Shown: in pieces, positions 9,251-17,247 of the stretch
Layout: every line of letters starts with the position of its first letter
Numbering within the stretch: the first letter of the stretch is position 1
From: Oscillospiraceae bacterium
Lineage (GTDB): Bacteria > Bacillota > Clostridia > Oscillospirales > CAG-272
DNA: 53,125 nucleotides
Direction: 5' to 3'
Assembly: GCA_015063795.1 (NCBI GenBank)
Contig: SVTL01000015.1
Coordinates: 1-53,125, forward strand
The notes under the pieces: generated by a model
Seen by the model: only the letters and a program-made list of their open reading frames with translations
The model's database searches: none
What the model was told of the DNA's origin: nothing
Program-made: the position numbers and the translations under genes

Positions 9251-9297
9251 TATCCGATTCGGATATGGTAAAATAATGTACATATCCGATTAGGATA
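9251..9297. promoter_or_regulatory. Two palindromic operator-like sites, TATCCGAtTCGGATA (9251-9265) and TATCCGAtTAGGATA (9283-9297), upstream of XRE-112
   Basis: Perfect and near-perfect 15-bp palindromes spaced 32 bp apart in the regulator's own promoter region. Confidence 0.5.
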
Positions 9298-9364
9298 CAG
9301 AATAATATTTATTTGTTTTTTCTTGTGCAAACGATACACGCGGTGAGTATTTTGACAAAATATC

Positions 9365-9437
9365 CCTGCTGTTTCATCGGTCACCGCACGATTGAAGGAA
9401 AGAAAAAACTCACTGTTCTTTCACAGCGAGCTTTCCA
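9365..9437 (+). repeat. Copy B of the SLOG 5' fragment repeat (PCCFIGHRTIEGKKKLTVLSQRA)
   Basis: About 95 % nt identity to copy A over 52 nt. Protein similarity to the intact SLOG N-terminus extends about 25 codons. It runs into the antisense of the next regulator gene. Confidence 0.75.
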
Positions 9438-9440
9438 ACC

Positions 9441-9641
9441 TTATTTGCGTGTCGGCTTTACATTGGAATCGGGTTTGATATCGCCCTCAATGGGGCCGTT
9501 GGCATCCTCAAAGGCTTTGATGTGCTGTCGGATCAAAACCAGCACCTGACTGTTCACACTTCTTCCCTCGTAATCGGCAACATAAGTAATTTTGTTCAGC
9601 ATTTCCTCTTCGATCCGAATCGATACGCTCTTGATAGCCAT
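9441..9641 (-). CDS. Ribbon-helix-helix (Arc/CopG-like) DNA-binding protein (66 aa)
   Basis: SVSIRIEEEMLNKI...YEGRSVNSQVLVLIRQHI fits the RHH beta-alpha-alpha pattern. SD GAGGTG 6 nt upstream. Confidence 0.65.
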   Translation of the reverse strand: MAIKSVSIRIEEEMLNKITYVADYEGRSVNSQVLVLIRQHIKAFEDANGPIEGDIKPDSNVKPTRK

Positions 9642-9749
9642 AAGATCACCTCAAAACAAATATATGATGTATTTATTTTAGATGCATTATGTGATATAAT
9701 GGCTAAAATAGATATATGGTATATCTATAAAATTTTAGGAGATGAACCA

Positions 9750-10232
9750 ATGACATCGAAGAACATCCTGCATACCTGCTGTTTCATCGGTCGTCGCAAG
9801 ATCGAGGAAAGCGAAGGATTGACGTTGAGCATAAGGCAACATATTGAAAGACTGATCACGGAAGAACGGGTGAACACCTTTTTGTTCGGAAGCCGATCGG
9901 ACTTTGACCGCCTGTGTCTGAAGACGGTGAGCGAACTGCAGAAACAATACCCGCACATCAAAAGAATCTACGTGCGGGCGGAATTCCCTTTCATTGACGA
10001 TACCTACAAAGCCTATCTGCTGCGATCCTACGACGAAACCTACTACCCCGAAGCGATCCTCGGTACCGGACGAGCGGTCTACATCAGGCGCAACCGCCAC
10101 ATGATCGACAACAGCCGCTTCTGCATCGTTTACCTCGACGAAGCCTCCGCCCCCCGCAACAGCGGCACCCGTCAGGCAGTCGCCTATGCCAAAGCGAAAG
10201 GCGCCATCACCGTCAACATCGCAGAAGCATAA
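9750..10232 (+). CDS. SLOG-family (YpsA/DUF1273-like) protein (160 aa)
   Basis: N-terminal CCFIGRR motif typical of DUF1273 proteins. SD tAGGAGatg 7 nt before the ATG at 9750. The track ORF start at 9522 is an upstream extension without an SD. Confidence 0.7.
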   Translation: MTSKNILHTCCFIGRRKIEESEGLTLSIRQHIERLITEERVNTFLFGSRSDFDRLCLKTVSELQKQYPHIKRIYVRAEFPFIDDTYKAYLLRSYDETYYPEAILGTGRAVYIRRNRHMIDNSRFCIVYLDEASAPRNSGTRQAVAYAKAKGAITVNIAEA

Positions 10233-10250
10233 ACGGCATCCTTTCGCTTG

Positions 10251-10298
10251 CAAAAAAACATCCGCCGAGGAATCGAAACTCCGCGGCGGTGTTTTTTC
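10251..10298. terminator. Bidirectional rho-independent terminator between the SLOG and GNAT genes
   Basis: AAAAAAA, then hairpin catccgccg...cggcggtg, then TTTTTT. Confidence 0.65.
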
Positions 10299-10301
10299 CG
10301 T

Positions 10302-10955
10302 TTATCGGACAACCGACGAATGGCTGTATATATAGAACTCTTCCTGGCTGGGCGCCCACGCCTTTTCCTTGGGCGGGAACGAAGCGTCAAACGTTTCCAC
10401 CGCGGCGGTGTCCTCACAGCAGTCGGCAGCCGTTGAGGGGATATACATCCACGGTCTGCCGTCCAGCGCGCCGGGGATCAGCTCGCAGACCAGAAGCGCA
10501 GTCGGGTAATGTCCCGCCGCCGCAAAGCTGACGTTCTTCTTTTTGCAGCTGACAAAGCCGCGGCTGACGTAATTGCCCGGGTTGCCGAAGTTGATGTTCA
10601 CATCATATCCCATCGCCCGCGCCGCATCAAAGGAATGCTCGATGAGCAGCTTGCCCAGCTTCTGCCGTTGATAGGCGGGGGCAACGCAGAGCGGACCGAA
10701 GGACACGATCTCCTTCCTTTTTCCGGCTTCATCTTCAAGCCACGCCTTTGTGTACATGATATTCCCAATGATCTTGCCATCTTTTTCGATCACAAACGCA
10801 AGCTCGGGAATAAAATCGGGATGAGAGCGCATGGTGTGGACAAAATAATGCTCGTCAGCACCCGGCTTGTAGACATTCCAGAACGCCTCTCTGGTCAGTT
10901 CCTCCACGGCTCGGTAGTCGGTTTCTTTTTCCAAACGGATCGTCAAATCGTTCAT
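10302..10955 (-). CDS. GNAT-family N-acetyltransferase (217 aa)
   Basis: Acetyl-CoA-binding motif QRQKLGKLLIEH. Start MNDLTIRLE with SD AGGAAAGGA. The upstream track extension is unsupported. Confidence 0.8.
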   Translation of the reverse strand: MNDLTIRLEKETDYRAVEELTREAFWNVYKPGADEHYFVHTMRSHPDFIPELAFVIEKDGKIIGNIMYTKAWLEDEAGKRKEIVSFGPLCVAPAYQRQKLGKLLIEHSFDAARAMGYDVNINFGNPGNYVSRGFVSCKKKNVSFAAAGHYPTALLVCELIPGALDGRPWMYIPSTAADCCEDTAAVETFDASFPPKEKAWAPSQEEFYIYSHSSVVR

Positions 10956-11342
10956 TTTTAAATCCTTTCCTATGTCGTTGACGGCGAGAATACGAGAGGA
11001 TTGCGGGATTGGTTTGGCAAACCTCTCGTTTACCGCACAATCTCCAAGGTGTTGTTCTTCTTCAAACAGCATTCTCCAAAAAAAGATAGTCAGGCTGAGC
11101 CTGCAGAGACAGTATAGCACATTGTCGCATTTTGTTCAAGAGAAAATGCACCTTGGATTGTTTTTTTCCTTGTCTTATGCTATAATAAAACAGACAGATC
11201 CCAAAGGATGAAAAAAGTTGCATGAGAGACATGCGGCGCTCATTCCCGCCGCGGTCTGAAACAGACAAAAACGATGCATGAACGGAGAAAAAACGGCATA
11301 GGCTGATACGGTTTCCCATCCAACATAAAGGAGCTTCTCTCC

Positions 11343-11984
11343 ATGGATTTTTTCATCAAGATCACTCTCCGCGCTTTTCTTGCCGTGATCATCGGCATCG
11401 TCATCGGCAGCGAACGGGCGCATCACGGGCGCGCCGCCGGCATGCGGACACACATTCTTGTGGCGCTGGGCGCTTCGCTGACCGCTATGATCAGTCTGTA
11501 TGCAAAAGAATATCTCGGCTATGAGGGAGACATCCTCCGTCTGTCGGCGCAGGTCATCTCGGGCGTCGGCTTTCTCGGCGCGGGCATGATCATCCTCAAA
11601 AACAACAGCATCATCACAGGGCTGACCACCGCCGCAGGTGTGTGGACCACGGGTGTGATCGGCATCGCCATCGGCTGCGGCTTTTACTTCGGTGCGCTGA
11701 TCATCACTTTTTTCTACATGGTCTCCATCATCCTCTTGGGCAGGCTGGAGCGCCCGAAAAAACAGCGCGACATCCTGTACATCGAGATCAACTCCATGTA
11801 CAAGGCCAACGAGACCGTGGAAAGGCTGAGGGCGACCGGGGCGGATTTTACCCACCACTTTCTCCCGCCGAAAAGCGGTTTTCCGGGGCATCTCGGTATC
11901 AGCCTGCTGATCGGAAGCCGTAAGACCTTTCCCGTCGAAAGTCTGAAGGAAGTTGAACACATCGTGTTTTACGAGGAAGAATAA
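11343..11984 (+). CDS. mgtC: MgtC/SapB-family membrane protein
   Basis: Five TM helices with a MgtC signature (GIVIGSERAHHGRAAGMRTHILV). SD aAAGGAGc. Confidence 0.85.
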   Translation: MDFFIKITLRAFLAVIIGIVIGSERAHHGRAAGMRTHILVALGASLTAMISLYAKEYLGYEGDILRLSAQVISGVGFLGAGMIILKNNSIITGLTTAAGVWTTGVIGIAIGCGFYFGALIITFFYMVSIILLGRLERPKKQRDILYIEINSMYKANETVERLRATGADFTHHFLPPKSGFPGHLGISLLIGSRKTFPVESLKEVEHIVFYEEE

Positions 11985-12002
11985 CAAGAGAGGAACGATA
12001 CT

Positions 12003-12803
12003 GTGAAAGCCATCGTACAAAATTTGAAGCTCTATCTCTTTGACATGGACGGCACGCTGTACATCGGCGAGAAGCTGTTCGATTTCACCGCAGACCTGCT
12101 GGCCGCCATCAAAGAGCGCGGCGCTTCGTATATGTTCATCACCAACAACTCGGCCAAGAGCGTCAGCGACTACGTGAAAAAGCTGAAAAGGCTGGGCATT
12201 GACGCCGACGAGAGCGAGTTCTTCACCTCCTCGCAGGCCACCGCTTACTATCTGAAGAAGCACCTCCCCGCCGCCCGTCTCTATGTCTGCGGTACCCGTT
12301 CGCTGAAGGAGGAGCTGGAAAGAGAGGGCTTCACTGTCACCGATCGGCTGGACGAGGTGGACTGCATCGTCATGGGCAACGACACCGAGCTGACCTTCCA
12401 AAAGCTTCACGATGTTTCCAAGCTTCTACTCACGCGCAAGGACATCCCCTACATCGCCACCAACCCCGATTACGTCTGCCCCACCGAATTCGGCTCGGTC
12501 CCCGACTGCGGCTCTTTTTGCGATATGCTGTACAACGTCGCCAAGCGCCGTCCGATCGTCATCGGGAAGCCAGAACCGCTGATGCCGATGCTGGCCATGG
12601 AACGCGCCGGCTGCACGCCTGAGCAGACCGCCGTCATCGGCGACCGCATCTACACCGACATCAAAAGCGGTCTCAACGCAGGAGCGGTCACCATGCTGGT
12701 CATGAGCGGTGAGACCACGCCCGAAATCCTAAGCCAATCGCCCGACAAGCCCGATCTGGTCCTTGCCGATGCCGGCGAGCTTCTTCCCTGTCTCAAGCCG
12801 TAA
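12003..12803 (+). CDS. HAD-IIA family hydrolase (NagD/UMP-phosphatase-like)
   Basis: DMDGTLY motif I, ITNNS motif II, GDRIYTDI motif IV. GTG start with SD aGAGAGGaa. Confidence 0.8.
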   Translation: MKAIVQNLKLYLFDMDGTLYIGEKLFDFTADLLAAIKERGASYMFITNNSAKSVSDYVKKLKRLGIDADESEFFTSSQATAYYLKKHLPAARLYVCGTRSLKEELEREGFTVTDRLDEVDCIVMGNDTELTFQKLHDVSKLLLTRKDIPYIATNPDYVCPTEFGSVPDCGSFCDMLYNVAKRRPIVIGKPEPLMPMLAMERAGCTPEQTAVIGDRIYTDIKSGLNAGAVTMLVMSGETTPEILSQSPDKPDLVLADAGELLPCLKP

Positions 12804-12812
12804 GCTCCCCAA

Positions 12813-12907
12813 AGGATGCGCCATCACGCGCGTCCTTTTTTCTTTCCCGCTCTCCCCCGCCCGTTCCCCCGCCAAGGGCGGATGCTCTGCATCCGCCTCT
12901 TCTTTTT
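12813..12907 (+). terminator. Two tandem rho-independent terminators after the HAD gene
   Basis: Hairpin aggaugcgc/gcgcguccu followed by TTTTTT (12813-12842). Hairpin ggcggatgc-tct-gcatccgcc followed by tcttcttttt (12876-12907). Confidence 0.7.
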
Positions 12908-13118
12908 GCCTTCGCATCACAAACAGCGGCCGCCGCCGGCAACAACGGCAAAAAGCGACGACGGACCGTTTTCCGAGCAAGCGAGCTTGCGTAAGGAAAC
13001 GGTTCGCCGCTTGGCAGGGGACGGGCGGGGCGGTTGTGCGTTTTTGTGGATAGTACACAAGAAAACAACCGCTGTTTTATTGGTATCGACAAATCGAAAA
13101 GCAATCACCTCTCCACTC

Positions 13119-13147
13119 TTGACAATCACTTGACCATGTGATACAAT
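13119..13147 (+). promoter_or_regulatory. Sigma-A-type promoter (TTGACA-17-TACAAT) for the DUF1836-like/NfeD/FloT operon
   Basis: Consensus -35 box, 17-nt spacer, TACAAT -10 box, about 40 nt before the start codon. Confidence 0.7.
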
Positions 13148-13184
13148 CATAGTACAGGTATTGATCCGCTAAGGAGGTGATGGG

Positions 13185-13739
13185 ATGGCAAGCGTATACC
13201 CGGGAACGACGGTGGAGGTGTCGGCTCTGCAGAGAGGCGGTTCCAAGCAGTTGTTTGACGGCATCTTTGCCGCGGGCGGCATCACGCTCTCCCAAGTGTC
13301 GGTGATGACGGGGCTTGAGCCATACGTGATCCAGAACTGGGTGAAGCGGAAGTTTGTCTCGCCCCCCGTCAAGCGGCTCTACTCGCGGGAGCAGTTTGCG
13401 CGGATCGTCATCATCAATATGCTCCGCGAGGCGCTTCAGATCGAAAAGATCTGCAATCTGATCCATGTGATCGGCGGCAAGTTCGGCGATCCGACCGACG
13501 ATTTGATCGGCGACGAAGAACTCTATCACCGCTATGCGGATATGCTCTGCGACGAAAGCATCCGTCTGACCGATCCAAGCACAGTGCAAAAGGCGGCGGA
13601 AGCAGCCTCCCTCTCCTTTGAAGGCAAAACGCCCGATGCCCAAAAGCAGCTGATCCGTATTCTCCAGGTCATGCTCTTCGCCCATGCGGCGTCAAGACTC
13701 CGCAGCTCGGCAGAAGAGATCCTGTTCACCCTCTCTTGA
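13185..13739 (+). CDS. DUF1836-like putative DNA-binding protein (184 aa)
   Basis: SD AAGGAGGtg. Motif GITLSQVSVMTGLEPYVIQNWVKRKFV resembles the DUF1836 HTH region. First gene of the flotillin operon. Confidence 0.6.
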   Translation: MASVYPGTTVEVSALQRGGSKQLFDGIFAAGGITLSQVSVMTGLEPYVIQNWVKRKFVSPPVKRLYSREQFARIVIINMLREALQIEKICNLIHVIGGKFGDPTDDLIGDEELYHRYADMLCDESIRLTDPSTVQKAAEAASLSFEGKTPDAQKQLIRILQVMLFAHAASRLRSSAEEILFTLS

Positions 13740-13759
13740 TATTTGAAAGGAACATTGCT

Positions 13760-14428
13760 ATGTTTATCCTCGATTGGTGGAATTCCCTCTCATTCATATC
13801 CCAGGTGTTTTACCTGATCGCCATTCCCTCCACGCTGCTTCTTCTGGTGCAGACGGCGATGACCTTCCTCGGTCTCGGCGGAGAAGGAGGCGATGCATCC
13901 GATCTGCCCGACGATCTTTCCGCAGACCTGCCCGATGAGCTCGATCTGCCCGATGCCGATGCCGACGGTCTGTTCGGAAGCGGTGACATCGAATCGCCTG
14001 CCGATGCGGGCGGCGGTCTTGACGGACTCCGTCTGTTCACCCTGCAGGGGATCGTGGCCTTCTTCGTGGTCTTCGGCTGGCTGGGCGCGGCCTTGGACAC
14101 AATGGGCATCCCCCTCGCGCTCACGCTTCTCATCGCCGCCGTCGGAGGCTTCGGCATGATGTTCCTGTTGGCATTTTTAACGCGTGCGGTCTTCCGTCTG
14201 AGAAGCGACGGCACCGCCGACAACCGCAACGCCATCGGCGTCTCAGGCAAGGTCCACCTGACCATTCCGCCCTCCCGCACGGGCAGCGGTAAGGTCCACA
14301 TCCTGCTCCAGGGCTCTTACACCGAGCGGGAAGCGGTCACAGACGACAATCAGCCCATCCCCACCGGATGCGAGGTGGTGGTCATCGGGCTCAGCGGTCA
14401 GACCGATCTGGTGGTCAGAAGAAAATAA
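13760..14428 (+). CDS. NfeD-like membrane protein (YuaF-type flotillin partner)
   Basis: N-terminal TM helices, an acidic linker, and a C-terminal OB-fold (GSGKVHILLQGSY...VVVIGLSGQTDLVV). SD GAAAGGA 8 nt before the ATG at 13760. Confidence 0.7.
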   Translation: MFILDWWNSLSFISQVFYLIAIPSTLLLLVQTAMTFLGLGGEGGDASDLPDDLSADLPDELDLPDADADGLFGSGDIESPADAGGGLDGLRLFTLQGIVAFFVVFGWLGAALDTMGIPLALTLLIAAVGGFGMMFLLAFLTRAVFRLRSDGTADNRNAIGVSGKVHLTIPPSRTGSGKVHILLQGSYTEREAVTDDNQPIPTGCEVVVIGLSGQTDLVVRRK

Positions 14429-14504
14429 ACCCAACCGTTTCATCTCATTCAGCATCTATATAATACAAAATAAGACAAAACAAACATAATACGGAGGTAA
14501 CACC

Positions 14505-15920
14505 ATGAAACCCGAAATCATTATTCTCGTCTGTGCAGTCGTTCTGATCCTGATCTCGTTTTTGATGTGGGTCGCGTCGCGGTATAAAAAATGCCCGTCC
14601 GACAAGATCATGGTCATCTACGGTTCCATCGGCAAAAACAAGGACGGCTCCAACCGAAGCGCCAAATGCATCCACGGCGGCGCCGAGTTTGTTGTCCCCG
14701 TCTTCCAGTCCTACGCCTATCTGGATCTGACTCCCATCTCCATCCAGGTGGATCTGAAAAATGCCCTCTCCCGCCAGAACATCCGCATCGACGTGCCCTC
14801 CCGCTTCACGGTGGGTATCTCCACCGAGCCCGGCGTGATGCAGAATGCCGCTGAACGTCTTTTGGGGCTCCAGCTGTCCGAGATCCAGGAGCTGTCCAAG
14901 GACATCATCTTCGGTCAGCTTCGTCTGATCATCGCTACCATGGACATCGAGGAGATCAACACCGACCGCGATAAGTTCTTGGCGGCAGTCAGCAGCAACG
15001 TGGAAACCGAGCTGAAGAAGATCGGTCTGCGCCTGATCAACGTCAACGTCACCGACATCAGCGACGAATCGGGCTATATCGCCGCATTGGGTAAGGAAGC
15101 CGCGGCCAAGGCCATCAACGACGCCAAGAGAAGCGTTGCCGAGCAGGAGCGCGACGGCTCCATCGGTGAGGCCAACGCCCACATGCAGCAGCGCATCAAG
15201 GTGTCGGAATCCGACTCCATCGCCATCCAGGGCGAAAACGAAGCCAAGATGAAGATCGCCATGTCCGAGGCCGCGCTGAAGGAAAAAGAGGCCGAGGCGC
15301 TGAAGATCGCCACCACCGCCGAAAAGATCCAGGCCGCCAAAGCGCTGGAGGAATCTTATGCCGCGGAGGAAGCCGCCGAAAAGGCTCGCCGCGACCGTGA
15401 ACAGGCCACGCTGGAGGCCGACGTTATCGTCCGCGCCGAGGTGAAGAAGAAGGAGATGGAGCTGGCCGCCGAAGCCGAGGCCGAACAGCTTCGCCGTCGT
15501 GCTCAGGGTGAGGCCGATGCCATCTATGCCAAGATGGAGGCCGAGGCACGCGGTCTGGAAGAGATTTTGAAAAAGCAGGCCGCCGGTTTCGCCGAGATCG
15601 TCAAATCCGCAGGCGGAGACGCCGATGCCGCACTGAAGCTTCTGATCGCCGATAAGTTGGAGGATCTGATGCGCGTTCAGGTGGATGCGATCAAGAACAT
15701 CAAGATCGACAAGGTCACCGTCTGGGACGGCGGACAGAACGGCGACGGCAAAACCTCCACCGCCAACTTCATCTCGGGCATGATGAAATCGGTTCCGCCC
15801 CTTGACGAGGTCTTTTCCATGGCCGGTATGCAGCTTCCCACCCTGCTGGGGCAGAAGACTGCCGAAGCCAACGCCGCCTCTGCCGCAGCCGAGCCTGCAC
15901 CCGCAACCGAAGACAAGTAA
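14505..15920 (+). CDS. floT: Flotillin (SPFH/band-7 family, FloT/YuaG-like)
   Basis: N-terminal TM helix, SPFH domain, a long Ala/Glu-rich coiled coil (EAAEKARRDREQATLEA...), then a flotillin C-terminal domain. Confidence 0.9.
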   Translation: MKPEIIILVCAVVLILISFLMWVASRYKKCPSDKIMVIYGSIGKNKDGSNRSAKCIHGGAEFVVPVFQSYAYLDLTPISIQVDLKNALSRQNIRIDVPSRFTVGISTEPGVMQNAAERLLGLQLSEIQELSKDIIFGQLRLIIATMDIEEINTDRDKFLAAVSSNVETELKKIGLRLINVNVTDISDESGYIAALGKEAAAKAINDAKRSVAEQERDGSIGEANAHMQQRIKVSESDSIAIQGENEAKMKIAMSEAALKEKEAEALKIATTAEKIQAAKALEESYAAEEAAEKARRDREQATLEADVIVRAEVKKKEMELAAEAEAEQLRRRAQGEADAIYAKMEAEARGLEEILKKQAAGFAEIVKSAGGDADAALKLLIADKLEDLMRVQVDAIKNIKIDKVTVWDGGQNGDGKTSTANFISGMMKSVPPLDEVFSMAGMQLPTLLGQKTAEANAASAAAEPAPATEDK

Positions 15921-15944
15921 TTGACAAAACAAAAGGAGATCGCC

Positions 15945-16544
15945 ATGCACGGAAAACACTTTCAGAGGCTGATCCTGAACATGGTCAAGGGCTTTGCCAC
16001 TCTCGCCCTTTGCAACGGAATCGGCTACCTCTTTTACATCATGATCCTCAACGTTGGCAACGCCGAGGACCCCAAAACGGCCTCGGGACGCACCGCCATC
16101 TTCAGCTTGATTCTCTTTGCGGCCTCCATCTATGCGTTTTACCTCGTGGCGATCGCCGAAAGCTCCGATTCGGGCAAGATCGACGAGCGAAAGCTTCTTG
16201 AAGACGCCTACAAGGATTCGGGCTATGCGCTCGACTACAAGGCCTATTTCATCGAGCAGGTCAAGACCCGCCTGTGGGGGTACTACTTCGCGGTGGGCGT
16301 CGGTCAGCTCCCCCTCTTCCTCAACTTCCTTGTGGAAGCGGTCATCCCGGGGGATGTGACCATTTACGAGCTGCCCATTCCGCTCTTCAAGTTCTATACC
16401 ACCAACATCTTCGCCTATGAGCTTTTGGGCAAGGCCTGGTTCCTTGGCCCCGTCCTCTATCTGCTCCTCTTCATCCCCATCTTCACCTATCTGGTGTACA
16501 GAGAGCAGAAGACCTGGATGGCCAAGCCCAGCTATGTGAAGTGA
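15945..16544 (+). CDS. Polytopic membrane protein, hypothetical (199 aa)
   Basis: SD AAGGAG before the ATG at 15945. Several TM helices. Co-oriented in the flotillin operon. Confidence 0.55.
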   Translation: MHGKHFQRLILNMVKGFATLALCNGIGYLFYIMILNVGNAEDPKTASGRTAIFSLILFAASIYAFYLVAIAESSDSGKIDERKLLEDAYKDSGYALDYKAYFIEQVKTRLWGYYFAVGVGQLPLFLNFLVEAVIPGDVTIYELPIPLFKFYTTNIFAYELLGKAWFLGPVLYLLLFIPIFTYLVYREQKTWMAKPSYVK

Positions 16545-16548
16545 GGCA

Positions 16549-17190
16549 ATGGGAACACAGATCTTCTATCTTCTCCTGTACTGCTCGCCCGCTCTCATCG
16601 TTCTGTACATCCTGTTCGTTCACCCGCCTTTCAAAACGCTGTCCGGGCACATCGCGCTCAGCATCCGCATCCGTCGAATCTGCAAAAAGCGCGGCCTTGT
16701 TTACACCCACCGCCGTTCCTTTCTGACCGCGCGTCTGTTCGAAAGCCGCTCCACCCCCGACTTCACCGTGGAAACGGCGGATAAGATCCTGCGCGTTCGG
16801 TATGTTTTCCGCTTTTATTACAAGTATTTCACCCTGCAGTTCACAGGAGACGATGCCTATTCCATTTCCACCCTCCTGCGCTTCCGTGTTGTTGCGAAAA
16901 GCGATCACCGCGGCAGGATGGTCACCTCTTCCGAACCCTTTGACGGCGATGCCCCTGCCATGTATGAAGGTGACGGCTTCGGCCATACCGCCGCGCGGAA
17001 GGAAACGGTTGACATCTATCTGGTCTACCCCGCCTTCGATGACCTGCGGATCGTGAGAAACAACCGCAGCGAAGCGGCCGCCTTCGGCGAAAGGATCAAG
17101 CGCCGCTATGTCCACGGGCGCACGAGCTTTCTCCGCCTGCTCGACGGGGAAAAGGCCGTCCGCTTTGCCGCCGCAAACGGAAAACGATAA
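16549..17190 (+). CDS. Hypothetical protein with an N-terminal TM helix (213 aa)
   Basis: Starts 4 nt after the previous stop. The antisense ORF at 16483-17217 is judged spurious. Weak support. Confidence 0.45.
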   Translation: MGTQIFYLLLYCSPALIVLYILFVHPPFKTLSGHIALSIRIRRICKKRGLVYTHRRSFLTARLFESRSTPDFTVETADKILRVRYVFRFYYKYFTLQFTGDDAYSISTLLRFRVVAKSDHRGRMVTSSEPFDGDAPAMYEGDGFGHTAARKETVDIYLVYPAFDDLRIVRNNRSEAAAFGERIKRRYVHGRTSFLRLLDGEKAVRFAAANGKR

Positions 17191-17247
17191 AAGCATCCCA
17201 AAAACCACTTCCATCAAATTTTACGAAATCACAACGGAGAAACCGCC

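Noticed and set aside
9313-9549. 78-aa plus-strand ORF (MFFLVQTIHAVSILTKYPCCFIGHRTIEGKKK...)
   Set aside because: Its SLOG-like part is only the approximately 25-codon repeat fragment. The remainder is the antisense of the RHH gene. There is no SD, so it is treated as a gene fragment and not a CDS.
9522-9749. Upstream 76-codon extension of the SLOG gene in the ORF track
   Set aside because: The extension overlaps the RHH gene on the opposite strand and has no SD. The ATG at 9750 is preceded by AGGAG at ideal spacing, and homology to the DUF1273 N-terminus starts there.
11192-11342. M-box (ykoK) Mg2+ riboswitch upstream of mgtC
   Set aside because: None of the conserved M-box sequence blocks are recognisable. 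Only generic hairpins are present.
12729-13150. Cluster of overlapping 77-109-aa ORFs on both strands in the GC-rich intergenic region
   Set aside because: The region is occupied by terminator hairpins and a promoter. The ORFs have Arg/Pro/Ala-rich low-complexity translations and no SDs.
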